DNA of 64,000 nucleotides, from IMG/VR virus record IMGVR_UViG_3300042367_000228, positions 248,001 through 312,000 of that record; one strand, written 5' to 3'. The first letter of the stretch is position 1. Each line of letters begins with the position of its first letter. Below, in pieces: positions 19,710-30,275 of this stretch. The notes beneath the pieces are model-generated. The model was given only the letters and a program-made list of their open reading frames with translations, ran no database searches and had not been told where the DNA came from. The translations under genes and the position numbers were made by a program.

Positions 19710-20794
19710 TCCCGTGAATATTCGTGTAAATGGTTGTTTAAAAAGTATTTGGCATACGCAGGTTCTTGACCTTTAAACTTCATCATCAGTAGCCAAAATA
19801 GTGGATGATTATTGTACGTTAACGCAAACTCTTTAAATTGTCCAGTTTCAATACCGCAAGTATTAACAGTAGTGTTTACGTCTTCAATGATTTCAGATAA
19901 TGTTTCGTTTACGCGTGATTCAATTTCTACCACTTTATCAAACAAATCAAAATCTTCAACTGTAGTACAATATGCTTTGAAGTCATCAAGTGTTTCGTCA
20001 AAGATCATTTCAACTATGTTTTTCTCTGTAGTAAATGTTACGTTACGATGTAACGACATATACCACAAAGTTTTCATTTTAATCATTTCGCCAGTATGGA
20101 ACTGAATTACAAAACCTTCAAACGCAGTTAGCGTGTTGATTTTATCTTTGTAGTCTTCAATGTTAGACCATAAGTTAGTACCAACTATAGGCACATTCCA
20201 TGCAGAACCTAACGCTTCAATTTCTCCGCGTGTGATATAGTTACCTGACTCATTGTGTCGTACTGCTAGTAGGGTAAGTTCAGATTCTTTGTATGCTACT
20301 ACAATACGATTTAAAGGAGAAGTTAATTCAAAGATTGGCGTACAATCTAATTGACATAACTCTTTTGACATTTCATATTGCGGAGTACCTGGCCCAAATG
20401 TGTTATTAGCGTGTATTGCTTCATCAGATGTGTAAGTACGTTTAGTTTTGAACTTGATAGTACCATCTGGAAAAAGCACAGGAGATATCATTGAGCCATC
20501 GCGTTTATCCATTACAGATTCAACGTTATTCCAATCTAAGTTAGATTCTAAAGTAGCTTCTTTTTCACCTAAGTTAAAAAACTTGTGAAATGGACGTGAA
20601 ACTAGTTTGCCGTTTTTATCAAATGTAATACCACGACACTCACGCGCATATGGATTGTCAAATACTTTACTATCTAAAATATAGTAAGACGCAACTGTAT
20701 AACCATCCTCATTAGTTTTAAACTCAATGCCAGGTATTTCACCTACATTAGCTTTAAAATCATCTAAGTTAGTTATAGTTGGAAACATGCTCAT
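19700..20794 (-). CDS. T4 Rnl1-like RNA ligase
   Basis: RECRGITFD, RPFHKFFN, KRDGSMI (motif I), FELTSPLNRIVV, EGFV, KMK. Confidence 0.9.
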   Translation of the reverse strand: MSMFPTITNLDDFKANVGEIPGIEFKTNEDGYTVASYYILDSKVFDNPYARECRGITFDKNGKLVSRPFHKFFNLGEKEATLESNLDWNNVESVMDKRDGSMISPVLFPDGTIKFKTKRTYTSDEAIHANNTFGPGTPQYEMSKELCQLDCTPIFELTSPLNRIVVAYKESELTLLAVRHNESGNYITRGEIEALGSAWNVPIVGTNLWSNIEDYKDKINTLTAFEGFVIQFHTGEMIKMKTLWYMSLHRNVTFTTEKNIVEMIFDETLDDFKAYCTTVEDFDLFDKVVEIESRVNETLSEIIEDVNTTVNTCGIETGQFKEFALTYNNHPLFWLLMMKFKGQEPAYAKYFLNNHLHEYSRECI

Positions 20795-21339
20795 TCATCC
20801 TCCTCATTATTATTTAAAAATTTACCTTCAAGTATTTCGTCAATGAATACTTCTAATTTTGCACCTTTTCTAAACTCATCAATTTTAGGATGCAATGAAC
20901 TAAACATACGTATACGGTTATCAGTGTCTGGTTCTAGTGATTGTTTGTAATCATAAATGATAGATCTAATCCGTTTTAATTTAAGTTCTGCAAGTTTAAG
21001 TTTTGGATTAAGTTCTGTTTTAACTATTGCAGTTAGTAGTTGTGCAACAAACTCTGGTCTTTCTTTAAGAGTTGCAAATGTTGTTGTTGTTATTCGCTTT
21101 ACTTCTTCTTCTGTTTGCGCTTTAACTGCATCAATAAATATGTTGTCAATTATAATAAGTCCGTACCATTCCTTAGTTGGCCATGAATCTTCAATTAAGT
21201 AGTAAGTGCCTGTTGGACCGTCAAAGTTGCCTTCGTAGTTAGGAACAGTGTCACCTAACTGAAAACTGCTTAAATTGTTATCAAGAGCTTTTGTTTGTAC
21301 TTCAACGCCTCTCACGTAAAATGAATCAAACATTCCCAT
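20791..21339 (-). CDS. Hypothetical protein (MGMFD-type N-terminus)
   Basis: MGMFD...QTK motif. Confidence 0.65.
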   Translation of the reverse strand: MGMFDSFYVRGVEVQTKALDNNLSSFQLGDTVPNYEGNFDGPTGTYYLIEDSWPTKEWYGLIIIDNIFIDAVKAQTEEEVKRITTTTFATLKERPEFVAQLLTAIVKTELNPKLKLAELKLKRIRSIIYDYKQSLEPDTDNRIRMFSSLHPKIDEFRKGAKLEVFIDEILEGKFLNNNEEDE

Positions 21340-21425
21340 TATTCTTTTCCTGATAGTATAGTTAAAAGTGTAATTATAAGCGGTATTGATATTGATGCTA
21401 TTATAATTAATATGTCTGTGTACAT
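21339..21425 (-). CDS. 28-aa single-TM peptide
   Basis: MYTDILIIIASISIPLIITLLTILSGKE*; SD AAGGAG; TAATG coupling; TATAAT promoter upstream. Confidence 0.55.
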   Translation of the reverse strand: MYTDILIIIASISIPLIITLLTILSGKE

Positions 21426-21483
21426 AAATGAACTCCTTATGTTTTGTATATTATAGCAAATAGTTGCAAGAAATGCAAGAGAT

Positions 21484-21514
21484 AAAAAAGCCGCTTGTAT
21501 AAGCGGCTTGTTTT
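21484..21514 (-). terminator. Intrinsic terminator
   Basis: AAGCCGCTT-GTAT-AAGCGGCTT with flanking A/T runs. Confidence 0.8.
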
Positions 21515-21527
21515 ATACTAATTTATA

Positions 21528-23876
21528 TTATGCTTTAGTTTGCCATGTATTAGGTAACGCTATAAATCCACTATCAATTGCAGTTGATCTATAAGAGTTA
21601 GCAGTAAATACGTTACCGGCGTGGTACACAATTCCTCCTAGTGGACCTTGTACGGCATAACCTGTTCCTGCAGGAACAGTAATTATATTGTTTCCTAATG
21701 TAACAGTACCGCCTGCATCATTTATTAAAATACCAGTACTATTAGCTTTTGCATTAGTTATTGCGCTATTAGTAATAGTTAATGAGCCTGTGCCATACGT
21801 TTCACAGACAATATCACCATTAGCATCTAGTTCAGAACTATCAATTGTTAGTACCGATCCGCTGCGAACTGCAGCAACTTGAGTAGTACCAGTAGTTTCG
21901 ATATCAGTTACATAACAGTTTCCAGTTATAACATTAATACAATATACATCACCAGTACCACTGTGTGCCATATGAGCAGTGTTTACGTGTACAGTAGAAC
22001 CGGTTCCGGAATTGTTAACAACGATGCCAGTTCCAGTTCCGCTAACATCTAACCACAAATCTCTCATAAACAATTTTTGTGGAGCAGTACCTGTAAAATT
22101 AATACAATGGTTATTACCTTCAGCTGCAATTCGTAAATTACTAATAGAATAGTGATTTGATACTGTTGTACCAGTACTAGATGTTACAGTAACAGTTCCT
22201 GCAAGTAGTGGCGAACCGTGTGTACCTGTTCCTAAACTTGTTAAGAATACACCGGGTCTTAATGTAATATTTTCTGCAGTGTTATTCATTAATATAACAG
22301 TAGCCATAAAACTATCGTTAAACCCTGCTGCTACTGCTGCATCAAATGCTGCAGTGATTGTGTTATATGGACTTGTAAATGTGCCAGTACGAGTATATGT
22401 TCCGCTAGTTCTAGTAGGATCAACAAAGAACACGTTAGATGCAACATCACGGAATGCAGTAGTTTGTATAGTAGTGTCAGGGAACGTTAATTGACCGCTT
22501 GAATTAAATTGCCATTGACTTGTTATACCACTGTTAACAATTACTTTGCCGTAGGTGTTATCTTTAACATTACGTCCACCGTTTATATAAATATCGCCAG
22601 GAAGTTTACCTATAGAATCGTTAGTATTTGGTAAATTTGAACCACGAATAAACAATGGTGCTGCAGCATTATTGGGTGTGAGATAATCATTAGTAAACGG
22701 TTGAACTACTATACCATCGTCGTAGTAAATATATAATTCTGGACCAGTACCGCCTGTGTTGTGTGATGGGTGCAATCCAATACCGTGATTAGCATGTATA
22801 TAGTTTGGAGAAGTATCAATGAATGTAGAACCTGGTAATTTTAATTTACCATCTGTGCCAAATTTCCACTGATGTGTATTTAAATTAGTTCCAACAACAA
22901 CATTACCTGCATTTTTCTCAATCTTAACATATTGGTCGTCATCACCTAAATACATGTCAACAGTAGTTGGATTACCAGCTACTAAATGTACGTGATTGTT
23001 TTCAGAACTTGCTGAGCCATTTAATGTAACTGTAATCTCAGGCAACTGTTCAACATAAATTCCGCCAGGTCCTGGAAACCCAGTTCCGCCAGTTAGATCA
23101 AATGTAAATGTAGTCATACTGCTTTGTACAGGTATTGTCCAAGTTACTGCTTTTGTAGACTCTGAACTAAATGTTAGTGTACCAGTTGTTGCACGTCCTA
23201 ATTGTTCAGTAGTAGCCCCAGTGATTGTATAGTACAATTCACCACTATCGCTGCCAAATTGAGTTGATACCGTTATTGTTATAGATTCACCCGGAACAAA
23301 TCCACTTAGATGATCTGTTGATATAGTAAATTGTCCAGCAGTTGGACGAATAACTAAACTTTGACCAGCTGCTGCAGTAGGTGGAGCAAATGCTATAGTA
23401 TTAGATGTTTCACCTACACTGCCACCTTTTGGTAATGTTAAGTTACCATTAGTACCAAATGCCCATTGATGAGAATTAGCTTGTAATGTTAATGCACAGT
23501 TAGCATCTGCAGATAATTTTATGCTACCGTCAATATTAAGATCTAAATTCCCACTCCAACCTGTAAGATGATTTCCGTCTGTAGCAATATTACCAGGAAA
23601 TGTCACAACGCCTGATGAATTTAAAGATACTGTATGTAATCCGTTTACTAACTCATTAGTAGCACCAGCCGGTCCAACATTACCTTGTGGTCCAACATCA
23701 CCTTGTGGTCCAATATCCCCAACAAAGAATGATAATGCAGACCAAGTTGATGTGCCGTTGCCAATTTTAATTTTGTCTAATGTAGTATCTAAGCCAAGTT
23801 CGCCTTCGCTTAGAATAGGATTTACTGCCGTCCAGTTTGTAGTAGTATCCCTTCTTATTTGTATTTTATTTGCCAT
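21528..23876 (-). CDS. Tail fibre/spike protein (Mtd/hyaluronidase-like N-terminus, short collagen repeat, beta-helix C-terminus)
   Basis: IQIRRDTTTNWTAVNPILSEGELGLDT; GPQGDV repeats. Confidence 0.75.
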   Translation of the reverse strand: MANKIQIRRDTTTNWTAVNPILSEGELGLDTTLDKIKIGNGTSTWSALSFFVGDIGPQGDVGPQGNVGPAGATNELVNGLHTVSLNSSGVVTFPGNIATDGNHLTGWSGNLDLNIDGSIKLSADANCALTLQANSHQWAFGTNGNLTLPKGGSVGETSNTIAFAPPTAAAGQSLVIRPTAGQFTISTDHLSGFVPGESITITVSTQFGSDSGELYYTITGATTEQLGRATTGTLTFSSESTKAVTWTIPVQSSMTTFTFDLTGGTGFPGPGGIYVEQLPEITVTLNGSASSENNHVHLVAGNPTTVDMYLGDDDQYVKIEKNAGNVVVGTNLNTHQWKFGTDGKLKLPGSTFIDTSPNYIHANHGIGLHPSHNTGGTGPELYIYYDDGIVVQPFTNDYLTPNNAAAPLFIRGSNLPNTNDSIGKLPGDIYINGGRNVKDNTYGKVIVNSGITSQWQFNSSGQLTFPDTTIQTTAFRDVASNVFFVDPTRTSGTYTRTGTFTSPYNTITAAFDAAVAAGFNDSFMATVILMNNTAENITLRPGVFLTSLGTGTHGSPLLAGTVTVTSSTGTTVSNHYSISNLRIAAEGNNHCINFTGTAPQKLFMRDLWLDVSGTGTGIVVNNSGTGSTVHVNTAHMAHSGTGDVYCINVITGNCYVTDIETTGTTQVAAVRSGSVLTIDSSELDANGDIVCETYGTGSLTITNSAITNAKANSTGILINDAGGTVTLGNNIITVPAGTGYAVQGPLGGIVYHAGNVFTANSYRSTAIDSGFIALPNTWQTKA

Positions 23877-24235
23877 TATGCGGCTCCTCCGTTGATTAGC
23901 ATATCTGTAAATGATGATGTAGCAGAATTGCCACCGTCAAAAATTAGATCCTCAAACACTGTAGATGCATATCCGTTATCTACATTTGCAGATGTATTAT
24001 ATAAATCAAGTGCATTATTTGGGTCGTCATAAGTAGCAGTTAAACCAAGCAGAGTACCGTTGGCTATCATTTCTGCTATTGTGTCTTGTATAAGTTCTTT
24101 TAGATTGGCAGATGATCCGCCAGTGAATGTGTACAATTCCTCAAAGTTAGCATTAACTTTATTAAACGCGGCGAATAAACTATCACCACTTCTGTCGTTT
24201 GGAACTGTACCTGTTTTAATAATTAATCGTGACAT
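23876..24235 (-). CDS. Virion protein with T4 gp9/gp10-like N-terminal motif
   Basis: GTVPNDRSGDSLFAAFNKVNANFEELY. Confidence 0.7.
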   Translation of the reverse strand: MSRLIIKTGTVPNDRSGDSLFAAFNKVNANFEELYTFTGGSSANLKELIQDTIAEMIANGTLLGLTATYDDPNNALDLYNTSANVDNGYASTVFEDLIFDGGNSATSSFTDMLINGGAA

Positions 24236-24366
24236 AAATGATCCTCATTCTAATATTTATCGTAAAATGAGGATCATTAAGGTTACATTATTAAATATGT
24301 CTAAATAATGCATTGCACAATTGTTTAGAACTGATAGTTAAAGGTATTACTACCCTTTTAAATTTG

Positions 24367-24642
24367 TTATACTTCTGTAATAGGTTCTTCTACTACTGCA
24401 TTAGATTCTTCACTAGCGGTTTTTTGTGCTAGTAATTCTGCTGCTGCTAGTAATTCTTCCTCTGTGGGAACAATTTGTTTTTTTTGTAAAACGTTAATTT
24501 CCATATTAGTTCCAATATATTTTATACCATTAAATTCTGTTGCATACATAGCACATGGAATTTTTTCTAATTCTTTTGTTGTTACATCTGCATAGATAAA
24601 TGGTGAGTCTGAAAGAAATTCTTTTAATTGTGTATAGTTCAT
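24367..24642 (-). CDS. Hypothetical protein
   Basis: ORF downstream of the fibre cluster. Confidence 0.55.
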   Translation of the reverse strand: MNYTQLKEFLSDSPFIYADVTTKELEKIPCAMYATEFNGIKYIGTNMEINVLQKKQIVPTEEELLAAAELLAQKTASEESNAVVEEPITEV

Positions 24643-24643
24643 A

Positions 24644-25144
24644 TTAAGTCCATGAAAAAGTTAATGTAGCACCTTTTGAAGATGATGTGCTACTAGGTAA
24701 TCCAGCATAAGTAGCTGTTATATCAGTATAAATAGGTCTACTAATAGATAGACTAGGTATACTTGCAGGGATACTTATAGCTACCTGATCTATTGTACTA
24801 AAAGTACCCATATAAGTATTGACGTTACTTATACCTACATAAGTAGCTGCTATATCAGTATAAATAGGTCTACTAATAGATAGACTAGGTATACTTGCAG
24901 GGATACTTATAGCTACCTGATCTATTGTACTAAAAGTACCCATATAAGTATCGACGTTACTTATACCTACATAAGTAGCTGCTATATCAGTATAAGTAGG
25001 TCTACTAATAGATAGACTAGGTATACTTGCAGGGATAGCAACAATAGTAGTATCTATTGAATCTGTTACCCCTGTCTTTGAACTACTTCCTAGCCCTACA
25101 TAGTCCCCAACAGTTATACTAGTATAATCTGATGCGACTGTCAT
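24644..25144 (-). CDS. Repeat-containing virion-associated protein
   Basis: 44-aa repeat x ~2.5. Confidence 0.6.
   Translation of the reverse strand: MTVASDYTSITVGDYVGLGSSSKTGVTDSIDTTIVAIPASIPSLSISRPTYTDIAATYVGISNVDTYMGTFSTIDQVAISIPASIPSLSISRPIYTDIAATYVGISNVNTYMGTFSTIDQVAISIPASIPSLSISRPIYTDITATYAGLPSSTSSSKGATLTFSWT
24706..25037. repeat. 132-bp tandem repeat, ~2.5 near-identical copies
   Basis: Unit starts at 24706, 24838 and 24970. Confidence 0.9.
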
Positions 25145-27522
25145 ACAGGTATAGCAAACTGAGCAAAGTAGACATTACTGCCATATTGTCCCCCAGGTTT
25201 GTTAGGATTGCCAACGCCTTTAATTACTTTCATACGATCTCCTGCCCATGAGATAATTCTGCTACCATCCATCCGAGCACCATTAAAACTTCCACCTTCC
25301 CAAATATAGTCTATACCATAGTTTGTAGAACCTCTCATAGCGGCGTTAGGTGCGCTGGTTTTGAAACTAAGCAGGTTAACTGTAAGGAAGTATGAGTTAG
25401 TGCCAGTACCTTTACACCACATAAAGAAGCCTCCACCAAATTTCATGAAGCCCATTCTATTAAATCTTGGTTGTTCATTTTGGTTTCCATAACTATTCCA
25501 TGCATTAGGTACAGCCCAGCCTGTAATTGCCACTGCATCAGAGTCATTAATATAAGTAGAAGCACCGTTATTACTTTTATAAAGATATGGAGAGCATCCA
25601 ATATACCAGCCAGATGCGCTAACTGCAGTAGTATTAGAAGAGCTAAATGCAACAGCATAATCTTTATTTATTTGTGACCAACCGTATGGAAAGCCTGAAC
25701 CTGCTAGGTTATTATTTGATGAAGGGCCTGTCACTACACCCCATGTATTACCGTTATCTTTAAATAATGGTATAGTAGTGGAGAAAAGAGTGCCGCTATT
25801 ATGTATCGGTACGAGAACAAAATTACCCTCATGTGTAACTTCAATACAACCTGGATGCCCAGTAGTAGACGTACCGATAGTAGCAGTTACAAGTGTAGTC
25901 CATGGATTGGTAGTAAAAGTACCTGTAAGTGGCAAAGTATAACAAATAGTACTGATACCGCCTACTTGGGTGCCTACCATTAGCGTTTTATTGTTGATAT
26001 TCATGCAAAAAATACTTTGAGCAACAGTAGCTGAACCTGGGTATACTACACTAGTGGCCACAGTCTCATCTGTAATATCTAGCCTTTGAATTCTATCAGT
26101 TCTAGCAATATACACATATCGCTCACCGTCGTATTTAATATCTGCAATACGTGAGGTATTCGCATTAACAGCTGCAATAGGCGTTACTATAAAAGTTCTT
26201 AGATCAACACGAGAAAATTTATTTAGATCATCAAATATATACGCGTAGGTACCTATTACAACACAGTCAGTAACTGCAGAAGCACCAATAGATATTACGC
26301 CAGAACCTAGTTTAGCTACATAACTAAGTGGGTAGTTTTGTATCATATTTGTTAAATTGTTATTAGATACCCAGAGATTATTAAGCAACCAGTGAGGTCT
26401 ACTAGTTCCTGTTTTAGAAGCATTACCATCACTATCAGTAGCTACAGTAATCTTATTCATCTGATAGCCTGCTGGATACAGCATTTTTAGACCATATGCC
26501 GCACCATAATTAATAGGTGGGTTACTTTGCGCATTCATAATAGGCTTAAAAGGCAACGTTTGTGCTATTGATTGATTCCAGCCATTATATCTGAAATAAG
26601 CTTGTGACGGGCCTAGGGTGTACACTACTGGCTCTTGCTTATCAGTAAACGGTGTGGGGTATACACAGACACCTAGATCAAACCCCCATACTCTCTGTAA
26701 TGCATTTTTACCAGTACCGCCATCTTTAGTTCGAGGGAATGAACCTACTTGGTGATAGCTCCCAGCTCCAGGTTTTGTAGATGCGCCACCAGTTGGTGAA
26801 ACTTCTGCGTCACCCCTAACTCCCGCCATCATTGAATATTGGCATAACCAGACATAGCATGGAAAATTAGCAGCAGCAGTATCATAGACGTCTTCACGCT
26901 CTAATTCAAATACGCCAGACCATGGTCCAGGATCTCCGTCAATAAATGAAGTAAGACATAGCCAGCGAGGATTTACCATCACTATAATATCAGCACAGCA
27001 ATTATTAAAACCTATTGGAGAGCAATCAAAGTGTGTCCAGACTTCATTAGTAGGTTGGTGTGTTGTGGTATTCCACGATTCGCATGAAGATGTATTTAAT
27101 ACCATAGTCTGTTTATTATATCTAATAATAAAGTACTTATAGGTGCTACCATCTTTATTTAAAGATCTAAATACTTGTGTAAATAAAATAGAACGTGGGT
27201 CAGGAGTATTAGCCACTACTGCATAAGCTATATCACCGCCCCAGAAAGCATCATAAAGAGACCATCCAGAACTTGCCTGCGCAGTAATGCCAGATGCTTG
27301 AGCAAATGTCACTGAGGTAGATGGTTGAATATTTACATTATAGGCAGTAGAGCCTCCAGCAGAAGTAGCCCCTGCAGCACCTGGCTGTGTGCCGATAATA
27401 GCGTCTGCAATAGTATCTGCAATAGTTGAAAAAGATGTCAGCGTTGCTGCACCCTCTACAGGCGTATAAGCCGTTGTAATTTGGACAGTACTCTGTCCTA
27501 TGTAAGTAGCTGATATTGTCAT
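25141..27522 (-). CDS. Large putative virion/receptor-binding protein
   Basis: 793 aa, G/S/T-rich, propeller-like C-terminal half, inside fibre cluster. Confidence 0.6.
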   Translation of the reverse strand: MTISATYIGQSTVQITTAYTPVEGAATLTSFSTIADTIADAIIGTQPGAAGATSAGGSTAYNVNIQPSTSVTFAQASGITAQASSGWSLYDAFWGGDIAYAVVANTPDPRSILFTQVFRSLNKDGSTYKYFIIRYNKQTMVLNTSSCESWNTTTHQPTNEVWTHFDCSPIGFNNCCADIIVMVNPRWLCLTSFIDGDPGPWSGVFELEREDVYDTAAANFPCYVWLCQYSMMAGVRGDAEVSPTGGASTKPGAGSYHQVGSFPRTKDGGTGKNALQRVWGFDLGVCVYPTPFTDKQEPVVYTLGPSQAYFRYNGWNQSIAQTLPFKPIMNAQSNPPINYGAAYGLKMLYPAGYQMNKITVATDSDGNASKTGTSRPHWLLNNLWVSNNNLTNMIQNYPLSYVAKLGSGVISIGASAVTDCVVIGTYAYIFDDLNKFSRVDLRTFIVTPIAAVNANTSRIADIKYDGERYVYIARTDRIQRLDITDETVATSVVYPGSATVAQSIFCMNINNKTLMVGTQVGGISTICYTLPLTGTFTTNPWTTLVTATIGTSTTGHPGCIEVTHEGNFVLVPIHNSGTLFSTTIPLFKDNGNTWGVVTGPSSNNNLAGSGFPYGWSQINKDYAVAFSSSNTTAVSASGWYIGCSPYLYKSNNGASTYINDSDAVAITGWAVPNAWNSYGNQNEQPRFNRMGFMKFGGGFFMWCKGTGTNSYFLTVNLLSFKTSAPNAAMRGSTNYGIDYIWEGGSFNGARMDGSRIISWAGDRMKVIKGVGNPNKPGGQYGSNVYFAQFAIPV

Positions 27523-27523
27523 A

Positions 27524-28234
27524 TTATCCGTGTGTAAATGTTAGTGAAAGATCTTTGCCAGTTGTTAAATTACAAGTGACAGTTAAAAACTCGGTAGTAC
27601 TTAACGATAGGATTAACGGGATATTTGCAATCCTAGTAACACCTGCGGCTATTGGTATAGTTAACACAGGAGTAGCGTTTTTATTTACTACAACTGTACT
27701 TGCAATAGTCGGTGCTACACCTACGTCAACTGATACACTAGTTATTCCTATATTATTTGCCGGATAATATTTTATGTTACTACTCATAATCTCCAATAGC
27801 CCTGAAAAATTTGCCCTAAAACTTGAGTTAACTGTTTTATTTATCCATTTGCTAGTAGTACTATCATAGCGTAAAAAGTCAGAATTTAACGGAGTAGTTA
27901 ATGTTACATCTGTTAAGTTAGCAATAGAAGAATTACCACTAATTGTTGAAATAACACCATTGATTATGCTTATTGAAGTGCCATCTACTCGTACACCGCC
28001 TAACGCAGTTGTTGATGCAGTTGGTAAAACATAATTATTAGCAGCGATAGTAATATCACCCGTTCCTAAAATTGAAGAACCGTTAATTGTTTTAATATTA
28101 GTATTTGAAATTAATGTAGGTTGCGCGCCTAATGCCGTTAATGCATCTGCTGCAGATGCAGCGCCGGTGCCACCGTTTGCTAACGGCAAGGTTCCGTAGT
28201 TCGTGCCCCTTAAAATTGAAGATAAATTTTTCAT
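27524..28234 (-). CDS. Tail fibre-like protein
   Basis: GTLPLANGGTGA, NIKTINGSSILG, LPTASTTALGGV fibre motifs. Confidence 0.7.
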   Translation of the reverse strand: MKNLSSILRGTNYGTLPLANGGTGAASAADALTALGAQPTLISNTNIKTINGSSILGTGDITIAANNYVLPTASTTALGGVRVDGTSISIINGVISTISGNSSIANLTDVTLTTPLNSDFLRYDSTTSKWINKTVNSSFRANFSGLLEIMSSNIKYYPANNIGITSVSVDVGVAPTIASTVVVNKNATPVLTIPIAAGVTRIANIPLILSLSTTEFLTVTCNLTTGKDLSLTFTHG

Positions 28235-28266
28235 TATTATACAATTCCTTTATTACGTATTTAGTA

Positions 28267-28545
28267 TCATACAGTTGGCCAGCTTACATCAAAAGGAAAA
28301 CCTTCTTGTGTAGTAATAGTAAACGTACCTGATGTGCAATTTATAATTTTACCCAAGTCACCTGCTACAACTGTATATGCGCCTGTTATATTTGAAATGG
28401 TTTTTGTAGCACTTACTCCAGATGCTGCTGGAGCAGAACTAGTCCATGTATTTCCTGTGCTTGTTAAAACGTTTCCAGTATTTCCAGGCAACGGTAATAC
28501 AATAGAAGTTGTACCTTTTAATACGGTTGACAAATTTTTTGACAT
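28267..28545 (-). pseudogene. Deletion remnant: fibre N-terminus fused to a fibre-assembly-chaperone C-terminus
   Basis: Middle duplicates 29741-29835 (TKTI.NIT.AYTVVAGDLGKIINCTSGTFTI), then jumps to TTQEGFPFDVSWPTV. Confidence 0.55.
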
Positions 28546-28580
28546 TACTATCCCTGTTTAATTATATCTTTTGTTAATAT

Positions 28581-30275
28581 TTATGCGTATACAACTTCAG
28601 CTGAATTAATAGCTGCAACCCATCGGATATTTACACCGGCCTGTCCTGTACCTCTAATTAATAAGCCACCGTAGGTAGTATCAGCAACAAGCGTAAGACT
28701 CCACCCATTGGCATTGCTGATTGCAGTGACTGTGCCAACAACTAAGGTTGTAGTTGCTTCACTGGCACCTCTAACAATCATACCTTCTACTTTCCAAGCT
28801 GACGCATTGGTTGTTCCTTGTCGTTTAGCTACAACTGTACCTATAAATGAATAAGCACATTGGTTAGTCATCAACATTATATATGCAGGACTACCTGTTG
28901 ATCCAGTTGATGTTAGCGTTGTAGTTGTAGCATCAGTTGTATTTGCTACAAAAATGAAATGACCTGTTTGCGCATTTCCTACACCTAACGCACCAATAGT
29001 TCCAAATGCCTGCCTATTGTGTTGACCCCTATCAGAAGCACAACCTCCTCCCAATGTTGCGCTGTATGGTCCATTTATCACGCTACTGTAAGAACCTATT
29101 GCTGCAGAATTATCCCCTGCTGTAGACGCATAACCACCTATTACAACGCTTCTATTCCCTGCTTGAGCACCCCATCCAATAGCCACTGAATAAGAACTAT
29201 ATGCGCTTGCTTGAGGACCAATAGCCACGCTATTAGTACCAGTTGCTCCATAACTACTTGTATTATTCCCAATACCTGCAGCAAAACTGTCTGTACCAGA
29301 AGCGTAAGAGCCACCTAATGCCATTGCTCCTGCGCCTGTGGCGGTGACTGAACCATTAAATCCGGAATTGTGACCTAATGCAAAAGACGCAGATGCTCCG
29401 GCATTTGATAGATGACCAAACGCATATGCACCTTCTCCAGACGCGGTTGCACTATTTCCCAATGCCATAGATACATTGCCAGTAGATGTACTCCTACCAA
29501 TAGTTTGACCCATATTTTCAGTATACCCACGCATTGGCTTTTTATTATTAATTTGCCAATTTGTTCCGTCACATACTATGTCTAGACCTTCACCACGTCT
29601 TAATATAAGCGTGGCTACACCGTCAATTGTGCCTGTTGCAGGAGAAATAGTAATTGCAGCTGTAGCAGTATTAGAAGTATTCCAAATAGTACAAGTAAAC
29701 CCACTTCCGAGTGTAGCAGCGGCAGTTAAACTAATAGTAAACGTACCTGAGGTACAATTAATGATTTTACCCAAGTCACCAGCTACTACCGTGTATGCAG
29801 CTGTTATATTGGCAATTGTTTTAGTAGCACTTGCTCCTCCGCTAATAACCAAATCACCACTACCTAGTAATGTTGTGCCATTGACAGTTTTAATATTAGT
29901 TGCAGATACTAGAGCAGCTTGCTTAGAGTTAAATGTATTCCAATCTGTAGATGTCAGATAACCACTTACTGATGCACTAGCTGTACCTAATGCAGCTTGC
30001 TTAGAGTTAAATGTATTCCAATCTGTAGATGTTAATATACCACTTACAGTTGCACTAGCATTACTTAAAGCAGCTTGCGCACCTAATGCAGTTAGCGCAG
30101 CTGATGCTGATGTTGCACCAGTTCCGCCTTGCGCTACACTTAATGCAGTAGTTAACCCAGTTAACGAGGTAATATCACTGTTAGCTCCAGAAGCAGCCAT
30201 TCCAGCAACTGTGTCCCCTGTTTGTAATTCTTGTATTGTAGTGCCGTTAAGCACTAATGGATATCTTGCTGTCAT
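28581..30275 (-). CDS. Tail fibre/adhesin with YadA-like head repeats
   Basis: SVAIG/SMALG/AYAFG repeats; duplicated STDWNTFNSKQAAL. Confidence 0.7.
   Translation of the reverse strand: MTARYPLVLNGTTIQELQTGDTVAGMAASGANSDITSLTGLTTALSVAQGGTGATSASAALTALGAQAALSNASATVSGILTSTDWNTFNSKQAALGTASASVSGYLTSTDWNTFNSKQAALVSATNIKTVNGTTLLGSGDLVISGGASATKTIANITAAYTVVAGDLGKIINCTSGTFTISLTAAATLGSGFTCTIWNTSNTATAAITISPATGTIDGVATLILRRGEGLDIVCDGTNWQINNKKPMRGYTENMGQTIGRSTSTGNVSMALGNSATASGEGAYAFGHLSNAGASASFALGHNSGFNGSVTATGAGAMALGGSYASGTDSFAAGIGNNTSSYGATGTNSVAIGPQASAYSSYSVAIGWGAQAGNRSVVIGGYASTAGDNSAAIGSYSSVINGPYSATLGGGCASDRGQHNRQAFGTIGALGVGNAQTGHFIFVANTTDATTTTLTSTGSTGSPAYIMLMTNQCAYSFIGTVVAKRQGTTNASAWKVEGMIVRGASEATTTLVVGTVTAISNANGWSLTLVADTTYGGLLIRGTGQAGVNIRWVAAINSAEVVYA

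Noticed and set aside
24706-25037. CRISPR array
   Set aside because: Contiguous 132-bp in-frame coding repeats with no unique spacers.
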